From NCBI GenBank assembly GCA_951406725.2, contig OX597821.1, positions 83,762,001-83,826,000 of the forward strand: a DNA stretch of 64,000 nucleotides, given 5' to 3'. Source of the stretch: Octopus vulgaris (taxonomy: Eukaryota). Shown in pieces: positions 1 through 12,670 of this stretch. Position 1 is the first letter of the stretch. Each line of letters opens with the position of its first letter. The notes beneath the pieces are model-generated. The model saw nothing but the letters and a program-made list of their open reading frames with translations, ran no database searches and was not told the DNA's origin. The position numbers and the translations under genes were made by a program.

Positions 1-104
1 GCCGGTATGCATGGGCGACTGCTGGTCTTCCACAAACAACCTTGCCCGGACTTGTGCCTCGGAGGGAAACTTTTTAGATGCAATCCCATAATCATTCATG
101 ACTG
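1..104 (+). mobile_element. 3' part of tRNA-derived SINE family E (truncated by window start)
   Basis: gccggtatgcatgggcgactgctggtcttcca...cccggacttgtgc matches the reverse complement of 42360-42418, which carries a tRNA-like head. Confidence 0.75.
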
Positions 105-147
<43 letters not shown>

Positions 148-234
148 TAATCTTTCAGTTTAGGGTGTTTAAAAGAAAAAATAAAAATGAAGTCTAAATG
201 ACGGCATCTACACTCACCAAGTGATTGTGCACCA

Positions 235-289
<55 letters not shown>

Positions 290-296
290 TGTGTGT

Positions 297-480
297 CTTG
301 ACAACTGGTGTTGGTGTGTTTACGTCACCGTAACTTAGCGGTTCGGCGAAAGAGCCCGATAGAATAAGTACTAGGCTTAACAAGAATGTCCTGGAGTCGA
401 TTTGTTCGATTAAACCCATCTAAGGCAGTGCCCCAGCATGACCGCAGTCAAATGACTGAAGTGAAAAGTGAAAAGAAAAA
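297..480 (+). mobile_element. SINE family A, 3' half
   Basis: cttgacaac..ggtgtgtttacgtc..cttagcggttcggc..cagcatgaccgcagtcaaatgactgaa shared with full copies such as 57141-57553. Confidence 0.85.
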
Positions 481-1150
481 GGAAAGAAGATGTTACTACA
501 GTAGTGATGATGATGATGATGAAGATGGTGGTGATGGTGCTGTTGGTGGTGGAGGCGGTGATGGTGGTCGTAGCAGTAGTCATGGTGGTTGTGGATACAG
601 AGGGAGTAGTTGTGAGATCGTGGTCGTAAGATCGTACTGTTGTGATGTCTATAATTGTGTGACGAGCAGAGACATACAAAGACGGTGGAGTTAACTTCAA
701 CTCCGCACAAGATGCTGAAAAAATGGAATGTCGGTTGTACTTTGACATTGAAATCTTCTTCCATCAAATTCACTGATCGACTGACTAACTGTAATAGCTA
801 TCGTTTCTCTAGGGTGTCTTGGCTCAATCCCAACTCTATCTTCAGCGATAGATAGACTATTCTGATCAATATACTTTAAGAACATAGCTTCTTTTAAGGC
901 ATAAAGTGAAGTATACGATTGATAGTGCGTCTATAGTTCTTTTACTCCTTTACTTATTTCAATCATTGGAATATAGCCAAACTGGGCTACCGCTTTGAAG
1001 GGTTTAACGAAACGAATTGACATCACTACGTCTTCTTTTTTTAAAGTCTGACACTTCTTCAATCGTTTTCTTTTGTTGAACTGCTAAGTTAAGGGAACAT
1101 AAACGAACCAAAACTGACCTTCAAGTGGTGGTTTAGAAACCAAACACACA

Positions 1151-1478
<328 letters not shown>

Positions 1479-1498
1479 ATATATATATATATATGTTG

Positions 1499-2049
1499 TT
1501 CTTTTATTCTTTTACTTGTTTCAGTCATTTTGATTGTGGCCATGCTGGAGCATTGCATTTTTGTCGAAGAAATCGACCTCTGGACTAATCTTTTGTAAAC
1601 CTGGTACTTATTTTATCGGTCCCTTTTGACGAACCGGTGCATTACGGGAACGTAAACACACCAACATCGGATGTGAAGCGATGGTGGAGGAACAAACACA
1701 GATACAAATACACGAATATATATATATATGGAAAAAAAGTCAAGATAGAAAATGCTAAAATAATTTTATAAAAAACATTTCAGTATCGGTTTCAGCCATT
1801 GAGACTTTTTCAACTGTAAGTATGGAAAAAACTAAATTTTGGAAAAATTTTTTAAAAGTTTTTTAAAAGAATATTTGCAAAAAATCTTTTCTTTTAATTT
1901 TTCCAAAGTTTAATTGTTTTCCATACTTACATTTGAAAAAGTATCAATGACTAAAACCGGTACTGAAATGTTTTTTATAAAATTATTTTAGCATTTTCTA
2001 TCTTGACTTTTTTTCCATATATATCAACTCGTGTGATTCTTTTCAACCT

Positions 2050-2104
<55 letters not shown>

Positions 2105-2270
2105 TTGACAAGCTTCTTTCAGTTTCTGTCTACCGAACCACTCACAAGGCTTTGGTCGGCCCGAGGCTATAGTAGAAGGCACTCGCCCAAGGTGCTACGC
2201 AGTGGAATTGAACCCGGAACCATGTGGTTCGGAAGCAAGCTTCTTACCACACAGGCCAATCCTACGCCTA
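1499..2270 (-). mobile_element. SINE family A (tRNA head, CORE-like ccttgggcaagtg segment, internal microsatellite), interrupted by a fold-back element
   Basis: Both halves match the family A consensus; insertion 1730-2016 lies in its internal (TA)n. Confidence 0.85.
1730..2016. mobile_element. ~290 bp fold-back (palindromic) element with ~120 bp arms, each carrying a degenerate hammerhead-like motif
   Basis: ggaaaaaaagtcaagatagaaaatgctaaaataattttataaaaaacatttcagta... is mirrored by ...tactgaaatgttttttataaaattattttagcattttctatcttgacttttttttcc; (TA)n on both sides. Confidence 0.85.
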
Positions 2271-2283
2271 TATGTGTGTATGC

Positions 2284-2315
<32 letters not shown>

Positions 2316-2675
2316 ATGGATATATATTAATTGCTAGCATTATATAGCATCAAATATATTAAAAGTTTACAAATCAATAGTCTATATAGTGTCTTACTTT
2401 TTGTGTTAGGAGTGCGATATTCTAAGTTTTAAGTGATAAAATATAGAATTTCTATAGCATTCAGAACCAGCACTATAAGTTATCACGTTTTGTATACGAA
2501 TACGTATAAATATTATTTACGTAGACGTATTCATATACGACACGTCGTAACTCGAATATAGTGCGATAACATTACTGCTATTGCAAAGCATGTAGTATAA
2601 GTGACATTACTTTCACTGTATGATATATGGTATTGTGACACTCTCTGCATTATAATATAATGTAGATTATAATCC

Positions 2676-2888
2676 TTTCTATTATAGGCACCAGGTCCGA
2701 AACTTTGGGGGAGGGGACTAGTCAATTACATCAACCCCTAGAATTTCATTGGTACTTAATTTATCGTCCCCGAAAGGATAAAAGGTGAAGTCGACCTCGG
2801 CGGAATTTGAACCTAGAACGAAGCGACGGGCGAAATACCGTTAAGCATTTCGTTCCGCGTGCTAATGACTCTGTCAGCTCACCTCCTT
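2676..2888 (-). mobile_element. SINE family B
   Basis: Reverse complement of aaggcggcgagctggcagaatcgttagcacg..gttcaaattccgccgaggtcgactttgcctttcatcctttcggggtcgataaa. Confidence 0.85.
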
Positions 2889-3230
2889 ATAATATAGAAT
2901 ATAATATAATGACTTTTCCAGGGAGGGGTTCCAAGACTTTTGCTTTGGGCGTTGCCCAAAAGTTTCGAAAAAAATATTATATAAGGTGGGAATCACAATT
3001 CGTAACAAATGGACACATTTTTGTGTATTCTAACTTTGTTGTAGCAAATGAAACAGTAATGCTGTCAAACTACTGGAAATAAAGTAACAATGTTCTTATA
3101 TTTGCAACAGTGCGGGTAGAAAGGGTGTTGCCCGGGTAACTAGAGCAACACCCCCGCATCCACCACTTTCTACGTCCACTTTAGTAGAGAATAGTATAGT
3201 GACACGACCTCTACTGTAAACTATATAGTA

Positions 3231-3608
3231 GAGCTGGTGGCGAGCTGGCAGAAACGTTAGCACGCCGGGCGAAATGCTTAGCGGTATTTCGTCTGCCGAG
3301 GTCGACTTTGCCTTTCATCCTTTCGGGGTCACTAAATTAAACACCAGTTACGCACTGGGGTCGATATAATTGACTTAATCCGTTTGTTTGTCCTTGTTTG
3401 TCCTCTTTGTATTTAGCCTCTTGTGGGCAGTAAAGAAATAGGTATTTCGTCCGTCTTTACGTTCTGAGTTCAAATTCTGCCAAGGTCTATTTGCCTTTCA
3501 TCCTTTTGGGGTCGATTAAATAAGTACTAGTTGCGTACTGGGGTCGATCTAATCGACTGGATCCCTTCCCCAAAATTTCGGGTCTTGTGCCTAGAGTAGA
3601 AAAGAATA
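3231..3608 (+). mobile_element. SINE family B tandem dimer with two different 3' tails
   Basis: Unit 1 ends ..gtgggcagtaaagaaata; the 5'-truncated unit 2 ends ..cttgtgcctagagtagaaaagaat. Confidence 0.85.
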
Positions 3609-4188
3609 TATAGTAGATCGATACCACTTCTATATTAGTATGGTATATAGTATCCTGATACAACCTCCTCTTTAGTTATAGTGACTCTATTTACATTGCA
3701 TAGCATGTAACATAGTGACATGATCTACTCTATAACATTGTATATAGTACTATGACAGTACCACCCGTATACTTCCCTGTATAATGTTGTGTCTAAGCAA
3801 TTATTGCATTTGGTTTCTCTCCATGAGATGACAAATTCAAAACCTTGCTATAATTTTAGTTTTCAAATTTTAAACGTCTAGAGGGAGATTTTTTTACTAA
3901 TTACATGGACATTAGGTAATCGATGTCTTATTTTTTTTTATTATTTATTCATTTATTTATTCATTTTTTTCCCCAACTCATTAAATTAAATACGTGAGAC
4001 TTTATTGTACTAGCTACAATCGTTTAGTTACACCCCTGGAGCTGAAACATTTATTATTCTGCATTGCACCAAGTGACATTTTGGAAGGCAGGTGCCACTC
4101 ATATGGTTGAGCGCTTGTTAACAACACAAGATATAAAACTATAGAAATAATTGCTACAGCAATTGGCAATGTGTAAATATGTAAATTT

Positions 4189-4252
<64 letters not shown>

Positions 4253-4486
4253 GGGATTGCATTAGTGCGGGACATGTGACGGGAATCATAAAGCTATTGA
4301 ATGAAAAAAGGTGATGTGTGTTGGTTGAAAGAGAAAGGTAAATATAGTAGACGAAAGGTATGAGATGAAAAGGGTGCGAGTTCGGTCTCCAGCACGTTTG
4401 GCTAGAATGAGAAAGAGTGATGAGACGTATTGGAAATTTGTCCATCACTGCCTATGGAAGAAACAATTATTATTGTTGTTACTGAA

Positions 4487-4950
4487 GTGGCGAGCTGGCA
4501 GAATCGTTAGCACGCCGGGAGAATGTTTAGCGGTATTTCGTCTGCCGTTACGTTCTGAGTTCAAATTCCGCCGAGGTCGACTTTGCCTTTCATCCTTTCG
4601 GGATTGATAAATTAAGTGCCAGTTACACACTGGGGTTGATATAATCGACTTAAACCCTTTGTCTGCCCCTTGTTTGTCTCCTCTATGTTTACTCTTTATG
4701 GGTAATAAAAAAAATAGGTATTTTGTCTGCCGTTACGTTCTGAGTTCGAATTCCGCCGAGGTCGACGTTGCTTTTCATCCTTTCGGGGTCGATAAATTAA
4801 GTACCAGTTACGCACTGGGTTGATGTAATCGACTTAAACCCTTTGTCTGTCCTTGTTTGTCCCCTCTATGGGCAATAAAGAAATAAGAATCATTAGCACT
4901 TCCCACAAAATGCTTAGCGGCATTTCCTCTGGCGCTTTACGTTCTGAAAT
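4487..4950 (+). mobile_element. SINE family B tandem array (2 units plus partial third)
   Basis: Repeated ggtatttcgtctgccgttacgttctgagttc..gcctttcatcctttcgggg blocks. Confidence 0.85.
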
Positions 4951-4956
4951 AACGAT

Positions 4957-5737
4957 GTTGGAGTGCATGAAGATTGAAGCTGTTGTTGAGAAAAAGTTAG
5001 CTGATATGGAGGGCTGGAAACCATCTGAACATTGGGAAAGAGCAACCTGTATCAAAATGCCGGCATCATGACTGCTGCTCAATGCTCTGTGAATACTGTA
5101 AAGGCTGTAAGACGTAGCATGGACTGCTGTAACGGAGACTACGAAACTGTGGCTAGCAGGAAGGGACAGAGTAGGTGTTCCGACTGCGTCCGTACGCCGG
5201 AGTTCATTTCGACATTTTTGAATAGGGACTTAGGCTCAATTCAGACGCCTATGTGAAGCTGCTGGAAACTGTAGTGAATCCTTGGCTGGAGAGGGTTGCT
5301 GTTGGAATGCCATGTGTTGCGGCTTCTTGTCATAGCTTCGCAAAATAGTCAGAAGTGGTTGCCGGAAAATTTATATGGCTTCACCAGCCCCAATTCCCTC
5401 GATTGTAATCTCATGGATTGCTGTATGTGGAGGCGTAGTTGAGAAAGACAGTAACTGCCCTACCTAAAATAGCAAAGGCCGAGCTGGCGGCTAAGATCAA
5501 GGAGGTATTTGAAGATCTTCCCAGGGATACAGCGAGGAACGCAAACGCCAGGCTCCGGAGCCGTGTTGAGGCCGTGATGGAAGGTGAAGGCGGCTACTTT
5601 GAGTCAATTGTTATCTACCAGCCATAATCTAAGTCGATATATTAAAATTTCCATTCAAATTCTTTTACTTTAGGGTGAGATTCTGTGTCGTCATTTCCTG
5701 TTATGCAAACTGTCAAATTTACCCCGAACACCCTGTA
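4957..5737 (+). mobile_element. Decayed Tc1/mariner maT-type transposon, internally deleted, 3' TIR present
   Basis: KAELAAKIKEVFEDLPRDTARNANARLRSRVEAVMEGEGGYFE; the end gtcaaatttaccccgaacaccctg-TA is the inverse of the 5' TIR at 28422. Confidence 0.8.
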
Positions 5738-5908
5738 TCATCACCATTATCATCTGTATCATCGTCCTCCTCCTCCTCCTCCTCCTCCTCCTCATCATCA
5801 TCATCATCATCATCATCGTCGTCATCGTCATCATCATCGTCATCGTCATCATCATCGTCATCGTCATCGTCATCATCATCATCGTCATCATCATCGTCAT
5901 CGTCATCG

Positions 5909-5965
<57 letters not shown>

Positions 5966-5977
5966 CCGTCGTCATCG

Positions 5978-6009
<32 letters not shown>

Positions 6010-6030
6010 GTCGTCATCATCATCGTCGTA
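5738..6030. repeat. (CAT/CGT/CCT)n trinucleotide array
   Basis: Direct reading; source of the poly-S/H/M/D ORFs. Confidence 0.95.
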
Positions 6031-7474
6031 GTTATCGTGTAGGATAGGTGTTATATGCAGAAAATGCACTGTTTGAATTGTGTTTTTGACTTTAAGTGTC
6101 TTGCACACGGTAGGAGTTGTAAAGCCACTTACTTGATTGTGTGTAACATTATGAACAATGGCACGGCTTGTATATTTTTATATTTTTGCTTATATTTTTT
6201 TTTATTAGTTATTACTGGCGCTATTTTTACTTTCATGAGACCTGCTCTGTACATTTCAATTTTCACATCCTTCTGTTTGCCGCCTCCCGGACCCCAAGAA
6301 AAACACATATTACCTACTACCGCCCCCAGGTGTGCTAGTGTGCACTTGGCGTTATTTTTGTGGTCATTTGTGGTTTGAGATTAGTCCTACGTCTTGTACA
6401 AATAACCTCAGATCACCACGAACTACTTTTGGCCCAGAGCTTTTGAACTGTTATCAGTTTCCGATCTGGCTTATTTCCTCTCTTTTGAATTTTGTAGGAT
6501 ATAGGACAAGTGCTTTTCTCACTGTATTCTGCAATAAACTTTAGAAGTCTGTTTTGATTTTGTCGTTTGTTTTTTAATCCTTTCAGCTGTTTTATTTTTT
6601 TTTATTTAGATCTGTTCTTTCCTAGTAACTGTTTTCTTTGTTTGCCTTCTACCCCTTATAAATTGAGAAACGAGATTTTTTTCATGTTCCCTTTTAGTAT
6701 TATCAACTTAACTTTGCTTGATTTTGGTATGTTTTAGTTTTACTGTTGTTATTCTGTATTAGTTTTCTATCTGTATCAAGCCTCATGATCCTTGTATGCC
6801 AGATAGGTATATTCTGTCTATATCAGTTTTGGATTGGTGACTTCAGAACTCAGTCAAAATCTGTTTTTCTTTTTCTTGTCTAAGCTTTTCAGTTCCTTTA
6901 ACATCTTGCTTGCATTTGTGTCGTGATATATAGGTGGAATGGCTAGCGTGTTTGTGCCTACTATCTTATTAACAATTTCGAGTTCAGTTTTATATATTTA
7001 CCTCACTCTTTTGTAATTCTTTCCTAATTTTCTTCCTCGTTTCTGTGTGTTGTGCTTTATCAGTTTCGTCTATTCCTGTGTATTTATATAGGTGGCTCCA
7101 GTTTGATTCTCTGATTTTCGTTTCTATATCTGGATCTCAACTGTAGCAAATTTACCTCTTTCTATTGTAACTTTGTACTAAATTTTTCCTCGCCTAAACT
7201 CATTATCATTTGGCTGAAATTATACCCAACTTTTAGAAGTCTTTCCAGCTCGTCAGCATTGTCCTTTGTAAAGGCAGCGAGCTGGTAGAATTGTTAGCAC
7301 ACCAGACAGAATGCTTAACAGCATTTCGTCCGTCTTTACGTCCTGAGTTCAAATTCCACCGAGGTCGACTTTGCCTTTCAGCCTTTTGGGGTCGGTAAAA
7401 TAAATATCAGTTGAACACTGGGGTCGATTATTTACATTATTTACATTCGACGGGTATTTGTCTTCATCTTGTTA

Positions 7475-7518
7475 ACACAACGTTTCGGCTGATATACCCT
7501 CCAGCCTTCTTCAGGTGT
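7475..7518 (-). ncRNA. Minimal type I hammerhead ribozyme (Penelope pLTR type), canonical core
   Basis: Minus strand: ACAC-CTGAAGA-A-GGCTG gagggtatat CAGCC-GAAAC-GTT-GTGT; palindromic AACGTT stem III. Confidence 0.75.
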
Positions 7519-8014
7519 CTTGGGGAAATTTCGAATCTGTCAACCCTATGTGAAAGGCCTCTCCGGAAAGATACAAAAGATATGACATCAGGACAGTATT
7601 CAAGAGTAATACAAAACTTTGCAAATATCTCCTCCAAGTAAAACCACCAATAGAAGAGAATATCGCCAAAGACTGCGTGTACTCCATCCCATGCAGCTGT
7701 GGTAGGTTATACAAAGGCGAAACATGCCGCCCCCTCAAAATAAGGGTAGAGGAACATCGCAAAGCTGTGACACGAGGAGATATTGATAAATCGGGTATAG
7801 CTGATCACGTATGGAAAAATTGAGACTACCTCCCCCCGTGGGATGAAGTTAAAATAATAGACAGAGAACACCATTGGAAAATACGAAAACTAAAAGAAGC
7901 AGCACATATGCTAGGTCACAACAACCTCCTAAGCAGACCGAGTGCAGATATGAGCAGCATATGGGAACCGGTATTAAGGAAGGATAGAAAAATATTAAAA
8001 TTCATTCCATAATT

Positions 8015-8088
8015 GCCGATTGTGGAGTGGTTAAGAGCGTGGGCTACTAACCCCAAGAATCCGAGTTCGATTCCAAGCAGTGACCTGA
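8015..8088 (+). other. tRNA-like Pol III head (A and B boxes) inside the Penelope 3' region
   Basis: tggagtggttaagagcg (A-box/D-arm-like), ggg-ctactaa-ccc anticodon arm, gagttcgattcc B box. Confidence 0.6.
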
Positions 8089-8708
8089 ACACTAATAATA
8101 ATAATAATAATAATACCTTAGGAATGAGTACCTAGGTTCGAAATTTCCCTAAGACACCCTAAGACAGCCGAAACGTTAAGTTAACAACAAACGAGATGAA
8201 GGCAAATATCCGTCGAATGTAAATAATGTACATAATTCCTCATCACTTAACTATAGAACTGTACTGGAGTCGATGTAACGATTTAGCCCAACCCTTGATC
8301 TTACTGGCCTTGGGCCAAAATTTGAAATCAATATTGTCCTTTGTAATTATCTTCAAGTCATCCTTTAGAAGAGATGTTATGGTGTCCATAACATCTGTAA
8401 ACCCCATGCTGGTTTCATTTCACATGTTTGTTAAGGGGACGGGATCAGTGTAAGAGTAATGGAGATAATGAGTCCTCAAGGAAGATGCATCATCTTATGT
8501 GTATAGCGTTGGTTTTGAGTGTCTCCTTTTTGTTTTGTAATGACATTGTAGCCTTCTGTCATGCCATAGTATGGCTGTTGCATTTCGTAAACGTTGAGGC
8601 TACTTTGTTGAGCGTGTTCAGTATCTATGAGTGTGGAATGCTACCAAACGTCTTTCGGTGGTCCAACCAATGTTAAAGTTCACTTTTTTTTTCTTTTTAG
8701 CTGTCTTT

Positions 8709-8986
8709 TATGAGGGGGTGCTGAAAAGTTCCTGGCTTTGAGTAAGCGAAAACACAAGAGGATCAGTTAATTATGATTTTATTCAACATAACGGCGGTGC
8801 ATCAACATGGCCGCAGCTCTGAGCTGAAACTAGAGAGAAAAAAAAAATTCCCCTCTCAGATTCACACACTTTTTGCAGCGGTCCTTCAGTTTTTCTAAAC
8901 CCTGTAAAAGAACTCGGAAGGTGAGGCCTTCAACCAGGCCTTTCGAGACACCCTTAAAACCAGGAGTTTTTCAGCACCCTCGCGTA
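8709..8986. mobile_element. mariner-type MITE with TA TSD
   Basis: TA-tgagggggtgctgaaaagttcctggcttt ... aaaccaggagtttttcagcaccctcgcg-TA; carries a short SINE 3' fragment (8792-8838). Confidence 0.85.
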
Positions 8987-9763
8987 TAATTTCATAGCTC
9001 GTTAATAGCTGCTGTTTACAGTGATACGTAAATTTCTGGCTTCCTGTACGTTCCTCTGTCAATATATTGTTCCTTTCAGGGTGTATAGCCACCCAGTTGT
9101 ATAGTAGGAATGTGAGGGCTTTATATGTTCTTGGTAGGCATATTATGGGTCTATAAATTTGTGGGAGAGGAGATTAGTGTTGTCTTTGACTCTCCAACCT
9201 TTAATCAGGTGCTAACTCTGGTTTAATTATCCCTTCATTGAACGCTATTACTACATACTGGTCAGGTATTTCATCCAGAAATTAGAAACACACCCGCATG
9301 CTTTCTAATTGCTTGTACTTCTGAACGTGTTATTGACTTTTCTCTCAGTTATAATAGACGAAAGTTGTACGGTTACGTTGAACGATTGTGCATTTTTACT
9401 GGGTTGCGTATCATTGCTCCATATTCCTCGCTAGTATATCTGAATTCCGTTGGCGCTGGTGAGTCTTCTGGTATTATGTTTTACGTGACATTTTATGGTG
9501 TTGATATTTCTCTACCATCTTTTGTTATTTGTTTGAAATATTTTATACTTCTGGAAGAAGCGTTCGCATTCTTTTTCTCGAAGTGTCTTTTTCCGTTTGG
9601 TTTTCCTGCTGTGCTCTGTTTAAGCCTCCACTTGTACAATGCCTCCTTTTTCATTGATTTTATATACACATACAAATATCTACATGTTCATGCATATGTG
9701 TGTGTTTATGTGTATGTATGTGTAGTGTATATATGTATGTTTGTATGTATGTGTGTATGTATG

Positions 9764-9827
<64 letters not shown>

Positions 9828-9837
9828 TTATATATAA

Positions 9838-9873
<36 letters not shown>

Positions 9874-9898
9874 TAAAAAAATAAAAATAAAAAGTAAC

Positions 9899-10087
<189 letters not shown>

Positions 10088-10121
10088 CATTATAAATATG
10101 AATTAGTATATATATATATAT

Positions 10122-12090
10122 CAACCTTGAAAGTCATGTGTATAATGTCAAATACAAATTATAAGATATAAAATTATACTTCAGAATAAAAATGTCTGTG
10201 TTTAAATGTGAAATATAACAAGAAAACTTCAAATACATATCTTCTTTTTTGTTGGTACCAGGATTAGCTTTCAATATGGCGATTAGAGGAAGAAGATAAA
10301 GATAGCAGGGAACTATGGGAATTTATAGGCAATTAGTACCAATGGAGGTAATTACACTAGTCATAGTTTAAATTTAAACCATCCTCTATTATTATCTTCA
10401 ATTTACCTATGTTGGGAGATATATATAATTTGTTATTATATAATTTTAGTTTGTTATATTGTCTTTTATTATTATTATTCATATTTTTACTGTTAGATTT
10501 ATTATTAGTTTTTTTAGGAATACTTGTTATATTATTATCATTATTAACGTGTTCGTAGTAATTATAGAATTTTATATTAGAATTATATCCTGCTTCTTTT
10601 AATACTTTATTATAATATGGGGATGTTTATTCAAACTGTCATAATCTGAGGATAGCATAGATTTTTTTTGCTTATGTTATCTATAAAAAGCTTCTTTAAA
10701 TGATTTAGGATGGCTACTTAAAGAACTAATATACTTTAGGTTTTCATTCAACTTATGGAATGGATGGATCTTATTAGTGACTACATTAAGGTTGACGTCT
10801 AGATAATTCACTGCATAATGCTCTTTCTCTATAGATATCCCTTGGCCATTATTCTTAAAGAACTCGTACATTTTCTTCTTAAGGCATACTAATGACCTAT
10901 TGGTACAGTTCCTGGTTATAAGTTGTAGGTCGTCCCTATAAAGACCACCCCCTATATTCGTAAACTTTTTCTTTAGTTCACATACGATATATAAACCTAC
11001 AAGATCGGTAACCTGGGCAGAATCTGGAGCACCCGTGGGTATATCTAAACAATATCTTGTCTTTTCTTGCCCATAGCTTATCTTTATATTTCCCAATAGA
11101 CTTCCTCGCGGCCAACACTACTTTGACTTCTTCAAGTGACATATTTACCTTTCTCCTGACGTATGATAGAGCCTTATTTAAAACCACTTCATTTATAGAT
11201 GATTAAAAATTCTCTATATCAATTTGAAGGAATTTACATCTATTCTTTTTAATATTATTAAACCATTTTATAGTATCTCGGGTACAATTCCAGAGTTTAA
11301 GGTTACCTAACCTATTTAATTTATCTATATATCTATCTAATATTAATTTACTAAGTCTACCTATATCTGACTTGCTAGGGCATATTAATCTTACTTGGGG
11401 GTCTTTAATCGTTATTCTTAGATGCATCGGGACATATGGTTCAGTTCTATTTTCAATACCATATTAACCATAATTTTTTTTGAGTTTATGTTAATATTAT
11501 CAAAATAATTTTTATTAACTACCTTATATTTTTTCATTATTTCCTTTTCTAGTAGTTTATCATAAAGTGGTTCTTCCAGTCTGTATAAATTCCTGGTCTT
11601 ATCAGATTGTACTCTAACTCCATCGTGGTTCTTTAATATTTCTATTTTTCTAGCTAAGTTGCTGAGGTGCTTGTTGTGTCTATTAGGGTATTTTTTGAAT
11701 TTCATATTTTTCACCATATTCCATATTTTCTCCTCAAAGTCCTTTATAATTCTATTATTGGGAGGTTCCTGGTTAGATTTGAAGTTTCTTTTTATGTATT
11801 CTATATTTTCCATGTTAGTATTGTTCGTATTAGGATTGTTGTTATTATAGCAGTGAATCTTCCATTTAATTCTATTTATAAAGTTTTTTAGCTGGTTAAT
11901 CAGGTCCTGTGTATATTCTTTGATGTTTAATTAATTTAATGTTAACAAAATAGGAGATAATTAAGGAAGTATAGTATATACCCTGCTGGTATAATGGTTA
12001 TGTCCTTTAAGTATTATTTCGTGATGTGCAAATGGATACCATGAGTTTACTTTCAGATATACTCACTAGGTTAATTTTTTTTGTATTAAC

Positions 12091-12097
<7 letters not shown>
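10122..12097 (-). pseudogene. Naiad-type Penelope-like element, N-terminus plus reverse transcriptase (frameshifted, endonuclease missing), flanked by (TA)n
   Basis: FINRIKWK, VQSDKTRNLY, VRLICPSKSDIGRLSKLILD, FLQIDIENF, GAPDSAQVTDLVGLY, GLYRDD, NYLDVNLN..SSHP in ORFs 11418-11813, 11203-11427, 10978-11187 and 10677-11096. Confidence 0.85.
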
Positions 12098-12143
<46 letters not shown>

Positions 12144-12177
12144 CATACATATATATACATACATATATATGTGTATA

Positions 12178-12213
<36 letters not shown>

Positions 12214-12231
12214 TGTATGTATGTATGTATG

Positions 12232-12286
<55 letters not shown>

Positions 12287-12439
12287 GTTTTATATATATA
12301 GAGAGAGATAGATAGATAGATACTGGGAAAAAGTTTGAAAGAGAGACAGTTTTTTTATTAAAATCAAAACAGAATTTTCAAAATGGCTTTCAGACATTCG
12401 TCTTCGCCAATAACTGAGCACAAAAGTTGAAGTAATTGA

Positions 12440-12670
12440 CTTATTCCCTTCCTCTCACCCGCAAAATTTCAGGCCTTGTATCTATAGTAGAAAAAAAATC
12501 ATTATCATCATCATCAGGGCAGGGACCTGGTAGTATTGTCAGCACATCGGACAAAATTCTCAGCGACATTTCTTCCGACTCTTTACGTTCTAATTCTGCC
12601 GAGATTGACTTTGCCTTTCGTACTTTCCTGATCGATGTTACCGCTTTATTCCTGGCCTTGTGTCTGAATA
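12440..12670 (+). mobile_element. Degenerate SINE family B pieces
   Basis: aaaatttcaggccttgtatctatagtagaaa tail; gagattgactttgccttt core. Confidence 0.6.

Larger units (their letters stand above)
7429..8262 (+). mobile_element. 5'-truncated Penelope-like element (Poseidon/Penelope-type GIY-YIG) with inverted pLTR
   Basis: PYVKGLSGKIQK..DCVYSIPCSCGRLYKGETCRPLKIRVEEH..KSGIADHVW..WDEVKIIDREHHWKIRKLKEA (~7544-8000; one frameshift, one TGA); 7430-7533 is the inverse of 8140-8232; flanking duplication actggggtcgat/actggagtcgat. Confidence 0.85.
7272..8332 (+). mobile_element. SINE family B with 14-bp TSD, interrupted by a Penelope element
   Basis: TSD attgtcctttgtaa at 7258-7271 and 8333-8346; SINE 5' part 7272-7428, 3' part 8263-8332. 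Confidence 0.85.
6035..9650 (-). pseudogene. Heavily decayed R4/Dong-clade LINE (RT plus restriction-like endonuclease) split by nested insertions; segments ~6035-7257, 8347-8708, 8987-9650
   Basis: Manual translation gives ordered motifs NNILTEERTG..CKQQLL, WLDHRKTFGSIPHS, IFLEDSLSPLL, DDLKI, YKYTGIDE..KTEL..NKIVGTNTLAIP, KTDIDRIYL..G..GLIQIE, NKPD, KDVKIEM. Confidence 0.75.

Noticed and set aside
3231-4950. CRISPR-like repeated blocks
   Set aside because: Tandem SINE units in eukaryotic DNA; no spacers or cas genes
5675-6108. Poly-Ser/His/Met/Asp ORFs
   Set aside because: Trinucleotide array open in several frames; no coding evidence
7821-7823. In-frame TGA in the Penelope GIY-YIG as selenocysteine
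   Set aside because: Not at a Cys-equivalent position and the frame also has a frameshift; likely a nonsense mutation
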